DNA from: Octopus vulgaris
Lineage: Eukaryota
Assembly: GCA_951406725.2 (NCBI GenBank)
Contig: OX597824.1
Span: 75,330,001 to 75,394,000, forward strand
Direction: 5' to 3'
Length of the DNA: 64,000 nt
In this document: one piece after another, positions 37,718-52,275 of the stretch
Layout: each line of letters begins with the position of its first letter
How positions within the stretch are numbered: the first letter of the stretch is position 1
Position numbers and translations under genes: made by a program
The notes under the pieces: model-generated
What the model saw: only the letters and a program-made list of their open reading frames with translations
Databases searched by the model: none
Told to the model about the DNA's origin: nothing

Positions 37718-39339
37718 AGTTAAGGAATGGAGTAGATAAGATCCGGGCTATATGTTTCATAGCGAACGGAACCGCAGAAGTGGTAAATATCCAGTCGAGG
37801 TATATACTGTAAGCTACTTGACAGGACCAGGATATCTTGATTAAATGAAAGTTTACATTGTCGCAAGGAGGTACACTTTAACACGTGAAAGAGCCAATCA
37901 GAATGTGTAGAGAGCACAGTAGGAGTGGAGAATATAAATGTAGAGAGAAATTGGGATAACAGAAGGAAAAAACCATAAGGGAGTGAGAAGTATGATGAAT
38001 TTAAGCAAGGTCACTTGATGGGTAGTATTCAATGTGGTTATTTTGGCCTTCAAATACCACTCCCCCTGCTGATTTCTGTGATACGACCAAAATAGCCCTA
38101 TAGTATACTACCGGTCAAATGACCTAGCTTAGATTCTTCATTCTACTCACTCGTCTTGGCTTAACAACCCTCATCGTTTGTTTTTACTGTTTTGTTCTCA
38201 CTGTCCTGTTCTTGTTGCCACTTTCACCCTCCGCAAAAAAATCCCAATTTTATTTAATTTGTTTTGCGAGAAGGACTGTTTCAACGAATTCGCGTCTTGT
38301 CCTTGCCTTCGAAACGTGGAGTAGATGAAACAGGGACAACTGAAGAAGAGGAATATTCTTTATGTTGTATGTCTCGTTCCTCTGTGTTTTTCGTTGTCCG
38401 AAAAAAAGTTCGTTTCTATGTTTTTGTATTTATGTTTTCGTTTCTCTTTGTGTTCAATGTTTTTTTGATGTCCTGTACCCATATATGCATGTATATATAC
38501 ATATATATGTAGGTATGTATATATATGTATGTATATATGCATATATTTATATATCATTTATATTATATATTTATATTATATATTTATATATATGATCTAA
38601 TGAACGAACGAAAAGGCGAATGATAGACTATGCAATAACGTACAAATGTCTCCCTTTCATTTCACTTTTTGCTCCGTTTTGTACTTTATAAAGTTCTACG
38701 GCGGTGGATGCGTGGTGACGTGTAAAGTGATATCCGTGTATATGCAAGGATGAAAGTAAATCAGCACATTCAGGCTGAATGTGAGACGGTTATCGTCTGA
38801 TATGATGAGGCAATCATGGAAAGAAAATTAAAACAATTGGCTATTAACAGAATCTCTAACAGAAACGTGTTGTGAAAATACATGAAACGAAAGTGAAAGT
38901 TAACAAGGTGGATGTCTGTACGCAGCTGGTCAACCCACAAGAAATAACAGTCGAGTCTATTTCAAATCATACTCTGTTGTCTTAAAGAATGAGCACGTTG
39001 TGTAGCGTGGCCATAGAGACACTGTTCCTAAAATAAAGATGTGATTGTTCCAAATGAGACGACGGACGAATGACGAAAGGTCGAGGCTTTCGTAGATCAA
39101 TAAAGGAGAGTGTACTTGTTGGTTTGACCTGCTGGAAAAAGCAGTCAAATTTTGCTCAAATCGCACTCTTTCGCGAAACAACAACAGTACGAATAATTCA
39201 AACCTTATCATCTTAAAAGAAGGTCATTGGACAATAGTCCTAGATCCAAAATATCTTGAATATAATATGAGATAGCCATAGGTAGAATGTTATGATCATA
39301 GGTCTCTTCACTCACTGCCAACATGGGGTTAGAGGACAA

Positions 39340-39835
<496 letters not shown>

Positions 39836-39918
39836 AAAATACACGAAACCGAAAGTAGATAAACTGATATCCGATATATTTAGTTCTAGTAGTCTATATT
39901 TTAGTTTTTTTTTCCTCA

Positions 39919-39967
<49 letters not shown>

Positions 39968-40225
39968 TGCTTGTCATAACTGGAATAAAGTAAAAATCTG
40001 AAATTCTATTCTATATTTGTCTGCTACCGAAGATAAAAAAAAAAATTATATATTTCATGCTTGGAATAATTTAAAACTATTTTGGTTTTAATTCTATGTA
40101 TAACGACTCTTCTTTGTTTATTAGTCCATAAATTATCTCCTTTTTTTTTTTACCTTCCATGCCTTACCTCCCCTTCGCTCGATATTTGTATACTTCCTCT
40201 TACTTTTTCTTCTTTCATCTTTCTC

Positions 40226-40302
<77 letters not shown>

Positions 40303-40328
40303 CATTATTATTATTATTATAATTATTA

Positions 40329-40390
<62 letters not shown>

Positions 40391-40734
40391 GTTATTGTTG
40401 TTGTTGTTGTCCTTATTTTATTCGTTTGTTTTCCGCTTTAAACAACCTGAAGGTAAAAAAAATAACAAAATGCTAAAAAACCAAAAAACAAATGAAGAAA
40501 TCCGTCGTCTGTGCTTTTTTTTTTTGTATTTCTTTGTGATTTTTCAACGGCCTAATCATTGCTTGCTATTTGCGTATGTGGATATATACATACGTGCGCG
40601 CACATACACACACACACACACACATTTGTTTATATATATATATATATATATATATACGTTTCTGTGTGTGTCCGTGTGTGTATGTGTGTGTGTGCGTGTG
40701 TGTTATTGTTTTAGTTGTAAGCAGCTTTGTGAAT

Positions 40735-40955
40735 TCGATTCTCGACAATAAGTGTCTTTGGATTGGATTTTCAGCTTTGCAAGTATTGCATCATTTGTTA
40801 CCTTATCTTTCCAGTTCATTCTGCCCAAACTGCAAAACATCCACAGCTCACAGGCATCAATCTTCTTTTTTCTATTGCTTTGTACGTTGCCAACGTTCCT
40901 GCTCTGTAGAGGACTGTTGGCATAATACAACGGTTTTGCTAGCTTCAGTTTCAAG
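40735..40955 (-). mobile_element. Old RTE-like LINE fragment
   Basis: KKKIDACELWMFCSLGRMNWKDKVTNDAIL resembles the post-RT region of RTE ORF2. Confidence 0.6.
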
Positions 40956-41179
40956 TCCTAGAGGGTTATGAACGCTCGGTGACATTTCAGATGTCAAGAA
41001 CCCTGCTGACTTAGTTTCCTGCTTGACCCTGGAATTCACGGCTTTGTCAAAAAGACAAGCTGCGGAAATACCCGTCTGGTAAATTGCAAAAGCGTTCTGA
41101 ACCGAACTTCATAACTAATGCACCAAGACAAATAAAATCTAAAACAACCAAATCAATGATGATGATGATGATGATGATG

Positions 41180-41213
<34 letters not shown>

Positions 41214-41228
41214 TGATGATGATGATGA

Positions 41229-41353
<125 letters not shown>

Positions 41354-41384
41354 TTGATGGCATGCACTGCTCTCTCACTCAATG

Positions 41385-41479
<95 letters not shown>

Positions 41480-41804
41480 AAGAAGAAGAAGAATGATGAT
41501 GATAATAATAATAAAGAAGCGTAAATGCAATGAACAAACAAGCAATTCTATTTTCCGACAAATGTCTCTGAGGTCCAGTTGAGAACTTAAGATGAAAAAC
41601 CGTTTCCATTGTAAACTTAATACGCCTGAGTTCTTTCGAAGAAAGGAATGTCATTGACTGTTAAACCACAAGGGAAGAGGAAGATGGAGCAGGTTTTACT
41701 TGTCAGAAGAATATCGGCTGGAAATAAGAGAAAAAGAGGGAAAGAGGGAAAGAGGGAGAGTATGTGGGATTGAGAGAGAGAGAGAGAATATGTAGGAATA
41801 AGAA

Positions 41805-41857
<53 letters not shown>

Positions 41858-41994
41858 GTGAGGTAAGGCGGAGAGAAAGTTGAGGGAGTAAAGGAAAAGG
41901 AGAGTGTATTGGAGATAAGAGTGGGAGAGAGAGAGAGAGAGAGCGTGAGACAGAGAACAAGAGGGACATGCAAAGAAAGAATGTGTAGAACAAG

Positions 41995-42162
<168 letters not shown>

Positions 42163-42392
42163 GTGTAGGGAGAGAGGAGTATGTATGTGTATCTGTGTTA
42201 AGCAGGAGAGGAAAAGATCAGAGGAAGAGAGAAATTAAGATATAAAGAGATGAGAGTGAGATTAGAAAAAGGGAGAGAAAGATAAGGGTGGGAGGAAGAA
42301 AGATATGGAGATAGTAATGAATGACTGAGTGTACGCAGGAATAAGGGAGAGACAGAATGTGTGGAATAATGTAGGTAAGGTAGATAAGTATG

Positions 42393-42459
<67 letters not shown>

Positions 42460-42808
42460 TGAGAGAGAGAGAGAAATAAAGAGAGCAAGAGAGAGAATGG
42501 GGCTAGAGAGAGAGATGATGGCAGAATATGTGTAGAACAAGAGAGAGGGAGAAAGTAGTAGAGGAAATGAAAGGGAAAGTAAAAGAGATTATGGTGGAGA
42601 CGAAAGGGAAAGAGCGCGGGAGAGAATGTGGACGAGAAAGATAGATGGAGAAAGAGCATGCATCGAACGGAGAAAAAGTGGGAGAGCGGGTGTGCATGTG
42701 AGACAAGATGGGAAAACATACAAGCAAAAGAGAGAATGAGATATGAAGAGAAGGAGACGAAAGGTGGATGGAGAAAGTAATACGTAAGTAGTACACAGTA
42801 TTTAAATA

Positions 42809-43375
42809 TTGGGTTGTCCGGAAAGTTCGTGCCGACTTTTAACGGAAAGAAAAAGGTTAATAAATCCTTGCCATTACATTTTTAATCAACCAAATAAGAA
42901 CCATTTTTGTTGCACAATGCGTCTCCATCTTTCCTTTAGCTTGAAAATACCTTCTTCCCAGAATTGAGGCGGTTTCATGGCAAAGAATTCATCAAGGTAT
43001 CTTTTTACGTCATCCAAGGAACTGAAATTTTTACCATTAAGACTATTCTGCAGAGAACTGAGTAAGTGGAAATCCGAAGGAGCAATATCTGGTGAATATG
43101 GAGGGTGGGGTAACACATTCCAGACGAGCTGCAGCAATTTTTGTCTGGTTCCCAAAGCATCAAGTGCCGAAAATGAACTTTCTTATCTTCCATTTTAAAG
43201 GGTTACAGAATTAAGACAGGTTATAGGAACATAAACCTTCTTCCACGAAAAGATAGCTTAAACTGTGCTCTAAATGGAGGTGTAGTCAAATCCTATTTTA
43301 TGGACTCAACTATGTTCTAAAATAAGTCGAAAGGTAAGCAACTATAAATCGGCAGGAACTTTCCGGACAACCCAA
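42809..43375 (-). mobile_element. Internally deleted mariner transposon
   Basis: TIRs TTGGGTTGTCCGGAAAGTTCGTGCCGA / TCGGCAGGAACTTTCCGGACAACCCAA; TA at the left end; N-terminus MEDKKVHFRH joined to C-terminal HPPYSPDIAPSDFHL. Confidence 0.92.
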
Positions 43376-43932
43376 CAGAAACTTTTGTCACTTAGAATAT
43401 ATTGGGAATCAGGATTGGAGATAATTCTTAAACTCACCAAAGCTTGCCTCATTGCGTGCGTCTGTGTATTATTACATTTGTAAATAACGTTTCAATTTTA
43501 CATATAATAATAAAGCTTGTTTCTGATTCTATAACCGTCATCAGCGCGACAGTTGTCCGTCCGACCTTGTCTCTAGTAGCTAAGGGATTTAGAAGCTAGG
43601 TGATACAAAAATGGGACAACAAAACATCCAGATAGACGATACAAAGAAAACAAGGACGGGTCATTCGAAGTTTTCTTTCCTCAGTCAAGCACCAGATTAT
43701 CCTCGCAATTTCGGCTGATTATACTTGAGATTGCTCCAATCTGGCCAGCCCCAAGAAAGAACTAAGCTAAGAGCATTAGATTCCTTGGAAGAAAGCAGCG
43801 AATGTATACAAAAACAAGGACGGGAAAAAAAACGGACAAAGTTACACAAATATAAATACAATAATAAATACAATAAGAATAATAACAGGACATAACAACA
43901 GGTGTCTTTCGACTAAGGACGAATTGAATTAA

Positions 43933-43968
<36 letters not shown>

Positions 43969-44672
43969 TTAAATACACTGGATTGGTGTTCCAGTTAATT
44001 ATTACACGCAGAAAACTTTGCACTGCTTATATATAAGGTCAGGCACGCTAAGTCTGTTCACACTTACATTTCAGTTAAAAGAATAAAGGCGCACTCATCA
44101 CGTTTGCATTAGCGAATCTAATGAAGACTTTAACAAAGGTGGTAACTAGTCAATCTTAATTGATGTATGCTGTGAACAACCTAGTTTACCAGGGTGTGGG
44201 GTGGGATGGATTTTCATAGCGTATCTATTAAATATCTAATTGTAACTTTGCCAATTCAATCTCAAAAATGCTGTCTCAGTACTCCTATAACCCTTTTGTA
44301 TATGCATGTATAATATTGAATCAGAGTTCGAATAACTGCGAATGTATTCGCACGAAACTTGTATGGTTTTATTGATTGCTATTAAAAGAAATTATTTATC
44401 CAGCTATGCAGTGTTGAGAACTCATTCTTCCAGTTTGTTACTAACATGTTTGTGCGTGGTGTGTGTATTTCTGCGTCTATATGTGTATATATATATATAT
44501 ATAAGAATTTTTTGCGTAATAAGATAAAAAAACCAAGGCTGTGTAGATATTAGAGCATTTATAGATAGGTCTTACAGCTGTTTCTAGGATATTTATTAAT
44601 TATATCACTCTGTCTATAGCACTTATTCAGCATTACCTGACACCTTTGGGTCTCAATGACACCATTATCTCT

Positions 44673-44731
<59 letters not shown>

Positions 44732-44893
44732 GTGTGTGTGATTGTGTATAGAAGAATATATTAATAAAAAGAATTCCAACCTTGTCTGATTTTCACGTTT
44801 TATTTACAATCTTATAATGATATATTATAAGATAATATATTATAATTGAATAAAATAAAATGAAATAGTAGAATGTTAAATATTCATTCTGAT

Positions 44894-44938
44894 TGAACTA
44901 GTACTTTCATGCATTGAATTCTGCAATCTTCGGGTTCA
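44894..44938 (-). ncRNA. Minimal type I hammerhead (C at position 4) in the Penelope 3' UTR
   Basis: Minus strand reads TGAAC-CCGAAGA-t TGCA gaattcaa TGCA t-GAAA-GTAC-TA-GTTCA; palindromic stem III AGTACT. Confidence 0.7.
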
Positions 44939-45432
44939 TGTAGTAGTGTTGACAGTCATGCTTCACAATTTTTGACTGTAGCAAGATGAGTGATTCTGTG
45001 CTATAAATACAGCTGGGTAGGCTCCAGAGTGCTAGGTTTTGCAAACTGTATTCTGACCAATCAGTGTGTAGTATCACTCAATTACTTAAGCTGATTGGTT
45101 GGTTGAGCTGATTGGTTTAGGCATCACGCTTTGTTGGACAGGTCAAGAGTCCTGTATCTTGACCCTGGCCGAAGCAGCAATTGTTGGGTTATTTTTAGAA
45201 ATGTTGTAAATATCCTTTGTCAGAGATTTTTATATTTTTATATTTCAATTGTCATCATCATCATTGTCAGCACCTTAATTATTGTTGCTAGTGGTGATGG
45301 TGGTGGCAATAGAACTTTTAACCCTAAATAAGATAATTTTCCTGCTATCTTCGTCTTGATCACCTTTAGTATTGTTGTTGTTGTTAGTGGTCATGGTCGT
45401 AGCAGTGGAAGTAATACCTCTAAGTATTATTA

Positions 45433-47080
45433 TTATTGCTTATTTAGCTTGGGTTCGAATTTATCAATAAAATTCTTTTCTCTGATTTTCCTCTCGATTT
45501 CACTTGGTCTGTGTAATTTGTAGAATGGAAATATTATATATATTTTCCGACCACATGTTGCTAGGTGGTTACTCAAAGGTATCTGACGGACCTCTGGGTC
45601 TCTAATCTGTTGCCGGTGTACACGTGAGCGTTCTAATAGTGCGTTTCCCGTCTGACCTACATATATTTCTTCACAATTTGGGCATTTGATGCAGTAAATT
45701 AAATTTCTGCTTTTGCAGTTCATATTCGCGTTTGTGAATATTTTCCCGGTTTTTGTGTTTATATATTGACCGGTATGTATGAATTGGCATGTGCCACATC
45801 GGCTATCATTGCATTTAGATACCGTGAATGTTTGGTCTTTGTTGCTGAGGTCAAATTTTGCCTTTGTTAGTAATGTTTTCAAGTTTTTAGGCTGTCTTTT
45901 ACTAAGCACCATAGCTCGATCCTTGATTATGTCTTTTAATTCATTACTTTGGGCAATGATTGGTAGGTTTGCTTTGGCAATGTTGAAGATATTCTGGTGA
46001 CATGGGTTGTGTGTCACTATGAATGGTATGACTTGTTCTTGTTTTCCTCTTCCTTGGGTTGTCCTAAGTTGTTGTATAGGTATTTTTATAGCCCGCTGTA
46101 TGCCATTTTCTATAAGTAGAGATGGGTATTTTTGTTTGAGCAAAAATTCTCTTAGTTCTATTAGGCGTTTGTTCCTGATATTTGCATCTTCTACAATAGT
46201 ACAAATTCTTCTGGCTAGGCAGTATGGGATGTTACGTTTTGTATGTGGTGGATGGCACGACTTAAAATTTAGGTATTGATGTGTGTCTGTGTGTTTATAG
46301 TATATATCTGTGGTGATGGTGGTGTCTTTTTTAATTACCATTATATCCAGGAATGGTAATTTGGTACTACTCATCTCCTTTGTAAATTTGAGAGATGGGT
46401 GTAGGTTGTTCAGGAGGATATTGAACTCTTCCAGAGTATTTAGAGATTCTGTCCAGATTATGAAACAGTCGTCTAGGTATCTCTTCCATGCCTTTTCAAT
46501 ATACTTTCTAAATCCAGTGCCATAGTTTACCTCCACCTCTTGGTAGAGTTGTTCTTCTAAGTATCCCATTACAGAGTTGGCGTAAACGGGAGCAAACCTC
46601 GTTCCCATCGCCGTGCCTCTAATTTGGATGTAATTCTTTCCATTGAAGAAGAATGTGTTATTTTCTAGAATAAGTTTGACTGTGTCTAATATAAATGGCA
46701 CTGTGAATCTGCTGGGAATCACTTCTCTATGTTTTTCTAACCAGTATTTAATCGCCTTTATTCCTAAATCGTGTGGAATATTGGTGTAGAGGCTTACCAC
46801 ATCAAAACTTAGCAAAACTGAATTTGTTTCTGTTGTTTTGGGAAGATGGGACAGGAAGTCGATGTCATCCCTGATGAAACTTGGTATGTAAGTACATAGT
46901 GGTTTCAAAACAATGTCAATAAAATTGCTTAGACGGTGTGTAGGGCATGCTGGACCAGCTATAATAGGTCTAAGTTTTAGGTCTTTTGGATGTAATAATT
47001 TTATGTACTCACTTTCTTGTTCTTTTACTGCCTGTTGAATGTTTTTTGATTTGTGTATTTTTGGTAAGCCGTAGAAGTTG
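45433..47080 (-). CDS. Penelope-like reverse transcriptase + GIY-YIG endonuclease; N-terminally truncated, and the listed ATG at 47163 lies outside the element
   Basis: FYGLPKIHK, LRPII, SFDVVSLYTNI, GTAMG, RYLDD, LPFLD, KCNDSRCGTC and NLIYCIKCPNCEEIYVGQT in one open frame of about 548 codons. Confidence 0.93.
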
Positions 47081-47197
47081 ATATATATACACACGCACCC
47101 CCATACACACACAGCCTCTTTCATAAGCGAGTTCTCTTGAAAAACGGAATAAAAGCAACCCATACCTCACATACCCACTTACATCAACCATTTTTGA

Positions 47198-47600
47198 AGG
47201 CGTGGCTGTGTGGTGAGAACTTTGCTTTCTAAACACATGGTTCCTGGTTGAGTCCCACCGCGTTGCACCTTAGTTTTTTGTACAGTAGCCTAGGGCTGAT
47301 CAAAACCTTGAGTGGATTTGGTAGATGGAAGCTGAAAGAAGCCCGTCTTATATATATGCATTTATGTGTGTATGTGTGATTGTGTCATAGTGTCTGTATC
47401 TCTGTCAACCACCACTTGCCAACTGGTGTTGGTTTGTTTACGTTCTCTTAACTTAGCGGTTTAGCCAAAGAGATCGATCGAATAAGAATCAGGTTTAAAA
47501 AGAAATTAAGTGTTGGGGTCGCTTCGTCTTCTAAAATTTCTCAAGGCGGCACCCCAGCATGATTTCTGTCTAATAAGTAAAAGAAGTAAAAGATAAAACA
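47198..47600 (+). mobile_element. Diverged CORE-type SINE
   Basis: Head, internal (TA)(TG) tract and tail are recognisable. Confidence 0.7.
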
Positions 47601-47638
47601 CACACGCACACACACACGCGCACACACACACACTACAC

Positions 47639-47716
<78 letters not shown>

Positions 47717-47734
47717 GTATATGTACATAATGAA

Positions 47735-47765
<31 letters not shown>

Positions 47766-47814
47766 CGTATGTATATATATATATATATATATAGTCACAC
47801 ACATGCATAAACAC

Positions 47815-47856
<42 letters not shown>

Positions 47857-47922
47857 CATATATCTAAATTATATATTTACATGTATATGTATTTATTTAT
47901 ATATGTAAATATATGTATATAT

Positions 47923-47969
<47 letters not shown>

Positions 47970-47990
47970 CATACATATATATGTATGTGT

Positions 47991-48027
<37 letters not shown>

Positions 48028-48150
48028 CGAGTGTGTGTGTGTGTACAGTCGCGTATGACGCAAACAACAGTTGCACCTATACAGTAGTCTCCGCTATAGC
48101 AAAAGAAATCATCATCATCATCCTCATCTTTATTTATTTATTTATCATTA

Positions 48151-48218
<68 letters not shown>

Positions 48219-48917
48219 GTTATTGTTATTAACACTTTCAAGTTGCCAAGAAATTCTAGGTAACGCTGTCTGTTGAAATTCCCTCCAGGCATTTCAATTT
48301 AAGTGAAGTTAGCAACGTTAAAATTTGTTCTCTATTTTCGTGTTTAATTCGTTTTCGGTTTTTTTTTTCAGTGTGTATGTATGTTTTTTTTTTTTAGTTT
48401 TTATTATTATTTCTTTCCGCTTTTACTGCGGCGAAGAGGAATTGATTGCAAATGAGAGGAATCAACAGTTTTCCTGCAGACATGATAAATAAATAAATAA
48501 TTGAATACAAAACTTACAGACGTAACTTTAAGGAATTCATATGTTCTTTGTTATTTTTGTTGTCGCTGTTTGCATTAGGGTCACCCCTGAATTTTTTTCT
48601 ATTAGTCTTTTAGTCAGGAGGAAAGGCAGTACCTATATTCCTACTAGTATTTGCGACCAAATTCACCTACGTTGGAGTGAGCCGGCGCTGACCAACGAGT
48701 TCACCATATCACTCACAAATGTTGACTACATCTGATGGTCGTCTGCAGTGTAGGTTCAGCGACCATCTAGCAATAGCACGGGCCCTCAGAAATTCCGGGC
48801 TAGTGTTCGGCGTGTCAGAAGACCACTGGGAGTGAGGCATCCCTTAGCTTTTGTTAAAGCATGTCTCTAGAACCCGCTTCAAATCCAGGCTACATCTACT
48901 CCGATTAAACTGGTCAA

Positions 48918-49935
48918 CACGATTTTGGTATCAAGAAACAAAACTTTTTAGCTAATTTGATGGTGCTGATTCCGAAAATGACCTTAGTTTTTCATGGTTA
49001 GCTAACATTTTTGCTGTACTGATATTGCTCATTTTTGTGAAAAAGGTCAATTTACGATCTTGGCTGATCGCAAAATTTAGTTACAAAAGGTAGTGGAAAC
49101 CCATGAATTTTCAGATGGGCCGAACAATTTATGTCAGCCACCTGAAATAAACTATTTTTATAAGAAAGAAAGTGTTGCGGGACTAAACCAAAAGAAATGC
49201 TGTGCCGATTTGCTGGTAAATTTCCTGCTTGGTTAACAAAGTGGCTACACGAAATTCCCATGTTTTTTTTTTGTGTATGTGGGATAGTAGAGCAAAAGAG
49301 GAGCACTGGAAAAGGAAAGACTGACCACCCTGAGATTTGAAGGTCCGTGAAAAGAACGTTATTAGCGCAGCGCTAGTTCCGAAAGAAAAAAATCATCTTC
49401 CCTCCCTTGCATATCAAATTGCAATTAATGAAACAGTATGTAAAATCACTCGACAAAGAAAGTAAACGTTTTGAGTATATATGTAAATCGTTTCCAGGAA
49501 TTAGCACCGAAAAACTCAAAGCAGGAGTGTTTGATGGAAACTCATTAAGGATGATCAATTTGTTAATTCAATGAATGACTTAGAATTAAGCGGTTGGACA
49601 TCGTTTGTTGACGTGGTGAAAAACTATTTAGGTAACCGCTGGGCCCAAAACTATAAAGAGTTAGTGAAAAAGCTGTTGAAAAGTCTACGGGACATAGGCG
49701 CTAATTTGAGTATTAAGGTTAATTTTTTACATAGCCATCTAGATGAATTTCCGGATATTTGCGGCGATGTGAGTGATGAGCAAGGAGAACGATTCCATCA
49801 GTCAAAACAATGAAAGAGTGCTACCAGTGACGGTGGGACAAACGAATGCTGACTGACTACTCCTGGAGTATCAAAAGGGACTTAAATAACATTGAACATG
49901 ACAGACAATCAAGAAAGAGAAAATTTTTACCATAG
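48918..49935 (+). mobile_element. Decayed DNA transposon, probably Chapaev(3)-type transposase
   Basis: SGYTKFPCF.CMWDSRAK, PPLHIKLQLMKQYVKSL, KLKAGVFDG and FLHSHLDEFPDICGDVSDEQGERFHQ, with stops and frameshifts. Family assignment is from motif recall. Confidence 0.7.
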
Positions 49936-50335
49936 TTCTTATTCTTTTACTCTTTTACTCTTTTACTTGTTTCAGTCATTTGACTGTGGCCATGCTGGAG
50001 CACTGCCTTTAGTTGAGCAAATCGACCCCAGGACTTATTCTGGTAGAATAAGTACCAGACTTTAAAAAGGTTAAAAAAAAAAACAATTCAGGAGGTTGAC
50101 ATCTTCGACTTAATACTTCAAGGTTGTGCCATAGCATGGCCGCAGTCAACTGATTGATAAACAGGTGTAAGATTAAATATAAAAGATATTTTTAAATATG
50201 GCGAATGGAAAAAAAAAAAAAAGATCGGTAAAAAAGGGTGATAACTCAGAGATGATCAATAGCAATACTGATGAATTTTCAAAACAGAAGCAGTAAAAAC
50301 CAAAAAAAAAAAAAAAAAAAAAGAAAAACAAACAT

Positions 50336-50745
50336 AGGCACAGGAGTGGCTGTGTGATAAGTAGCTTGCTAACCAACCACATGGTTCCGGGTTCAGTCCC
50401 ACTGCGTGGCATCTTGGGCAAGTGTCTTCTGCTATAGCCCCGGGCCGACCAATGCCTTGTGAGTAGATTTGGTAGACGGAAACTGAAAGAAGCCTGTCGT
50501 GTATATGTATATATATATATAAGTGTGTGTGTCTGTGTTTGTCCCCCTAGCATTGCTTGACAACCGATGCCGGTGTGTATACGTCCCCGTTACCTAGCGG
50601 TTCGGCAAAAAGAGACCGATAGAATAAGTACTGGGCTTACAAAGAACAAGTCCCGGGGTCGATTTGCTCGACTAAAGGCGGTGCTCCAGCATGGCCGCAG
50701 TCAAATGACTGAAACAAGTAAAAGAGTAAAAGAGAAAAAGAGTAA
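50336..50745 (+). mobile_element. Full-length CORE-type SINE
   Basis: A/B boxes, CORE-like catcttgggcaagtg, internal (TA)(TG) tract and gtaaaaga repeat tail. Confidence 0.9.
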
Positions 50746-51279
50746 ACAAAAAAACCCCATAAAAACGCTAGTGTTCAGATCAGGTGAGTAGTGTAGCGAC
50801 TGTGGTAAATATGTGTGGGGGCGTGTAGGGAATGTGGTGAAATATGTTATAATAGCTGCTGGACAACGTTAGATGAAACAGGCGATTATCGGTTTGTCGA
50901 ATCGGTTCCGTTCGAGACCTGGAGAGCTTTCGCAAACCACGTGACTGACTGCCTTCCCAACTCTGACTCGCTTATCTCATTTCAGTACTGATTGAAAGAG
51001 ATGAGAGCGATGTTGCTTTGATTACGCTAACTAAATTAGGCTGGTATGTTAAAAGGTGAACGCACACATACACACAAAGACGCACAGACACTCACCCACC
51101 CAAACGTATGTACATATACACACATACACAAGCACACACAGAGACATAAAGATTCAATATAATTCTGTTACTATCTACGAATGTAACATTAACAGACGCT
51201 ATCTTAACCATAGAATGAAATTGAAAATCATAATGCATTACTAACAACACTTGTATTATACAATACACACACACACACA

Positions 51280-51393
<114 letters not shown>

Positions 51394-51540
51394 ACGTATG
51401 TATGTGTGTTTGAATGAATAAGTGAGTGTGTGAATGTGTGTGATAAAAGTTTTGCTTCCAATTACTCAGTTTCGAGTTCAGACTGTCCAAACCCTTATAA
51501 GTGAACTTGGTAGACGGAAACTGGGAGAAGCCCAGCATAT

Positions 51541-51576
<36 letters not shown>

Positions 51577-51788
51577 ATCTATGTGTGTTTGTGTTTATGA
51601 TTTTTCCACCAGTGCTTCACATCCGGTGTTCGTTTGTTTTAAGTCACCATAACATAGCGGTTCGACATAAGAAACCGTTAGAATAACTACCAGGATTAAA
51701 AACAAAAATTAGGTACTCGGGCTGATTCGTTAGACTAAAACCCTTCAAGGTGGTGCGTCAGTATGGCAGCATTACAATGACTAAAATA

Positions 51789-52275
51789 AGTAAAAGATAC
51801 AAACGTCAGTGTGAAAAGATCAGTGAAAAAGAGAGCACCTATGCTGAACTATTGAGAAATCTGCAGTTACTCTATCCAGATTACAGGTTCAGGTTTATAC
51901 CTGTAATTATCGGGGCCCTGGGATATGTAACACACTGCCTAAATACCTACGAGAAATTTGGCTTCTCAAAACCAGAAAGGAGAAAGCTAATTCGAAGACT
52001 GCGGATCCAATCCATCACTGAAACTGTAAAAATCTGTAAAATTTTCCAGAAGTTTATCACTTAAATATATATATAAGCGTGTCTAGATAGGCAACTATAT
52101 GTATGAGAATACATACATAAAGCAATATACATAAAGCACATATACATAGATGCATACATACACTCAAAAATACTCTGTTGATTTTGAAATTCCAGTGAAG
52201 GAGTCTTGGATCTAGGTTAGAAACCGGCTTTTTCTCTATTGACAAGAGATCATGAAATAAAACTGAACAATGACA
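51789..52275 (+). mobile_element. RLE-type non-LTR retrotransposon 3' end (second family)
   Basis: KISEKESTYAELL...FIPVIIGALGYV...IQSITETVKICK; inverted copies at about 61040-61180 (ORF end) and 60670-60860 (3' UTR). Confidence 0.65.

Larger units (their letters stand above)
44730..47080 (-). mobile_element. Penelope-like (Neptune-type) retroelement, 5'-truncated, bounded by (TA)n
   Basis: RT+GIY-YIG ORF followed by an about 700-bp 3' UTR containing a hammerhead; (TA)n at 44677-44729 and 47081-47089. Confidence 0.92.

Noticed and set aside
38295-38365. Family-A GAAAC...CTGAAGA arrangement as a permuted (type II) hammerhead; also at about 1280, 13805 and 58020
   Set aside because: Consistent stems I and III could not be built in any copy.
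43655-43690. Family-B CTGAGGA-hairpin-CGAAT-GAC..GTC on the minus strand as a hammerhead
   Set aside because: Position 15.1 is U rather than A and stem I is absent; at most a remote derivative.
47081-47163. N-terminal MGCFYSVF... of the 576-aa ORF
   Set aside because: Fortuitous read-through from flanking sequence across the (TA)n junction; not part of the element protein.
52185-52235. GAAACCGG motif in the RLE-element 3' UTR as a hammerhead
   Set aside because: The core reads CCAGTGA or CCAATGA in the two copies and stem II is unconvincing.
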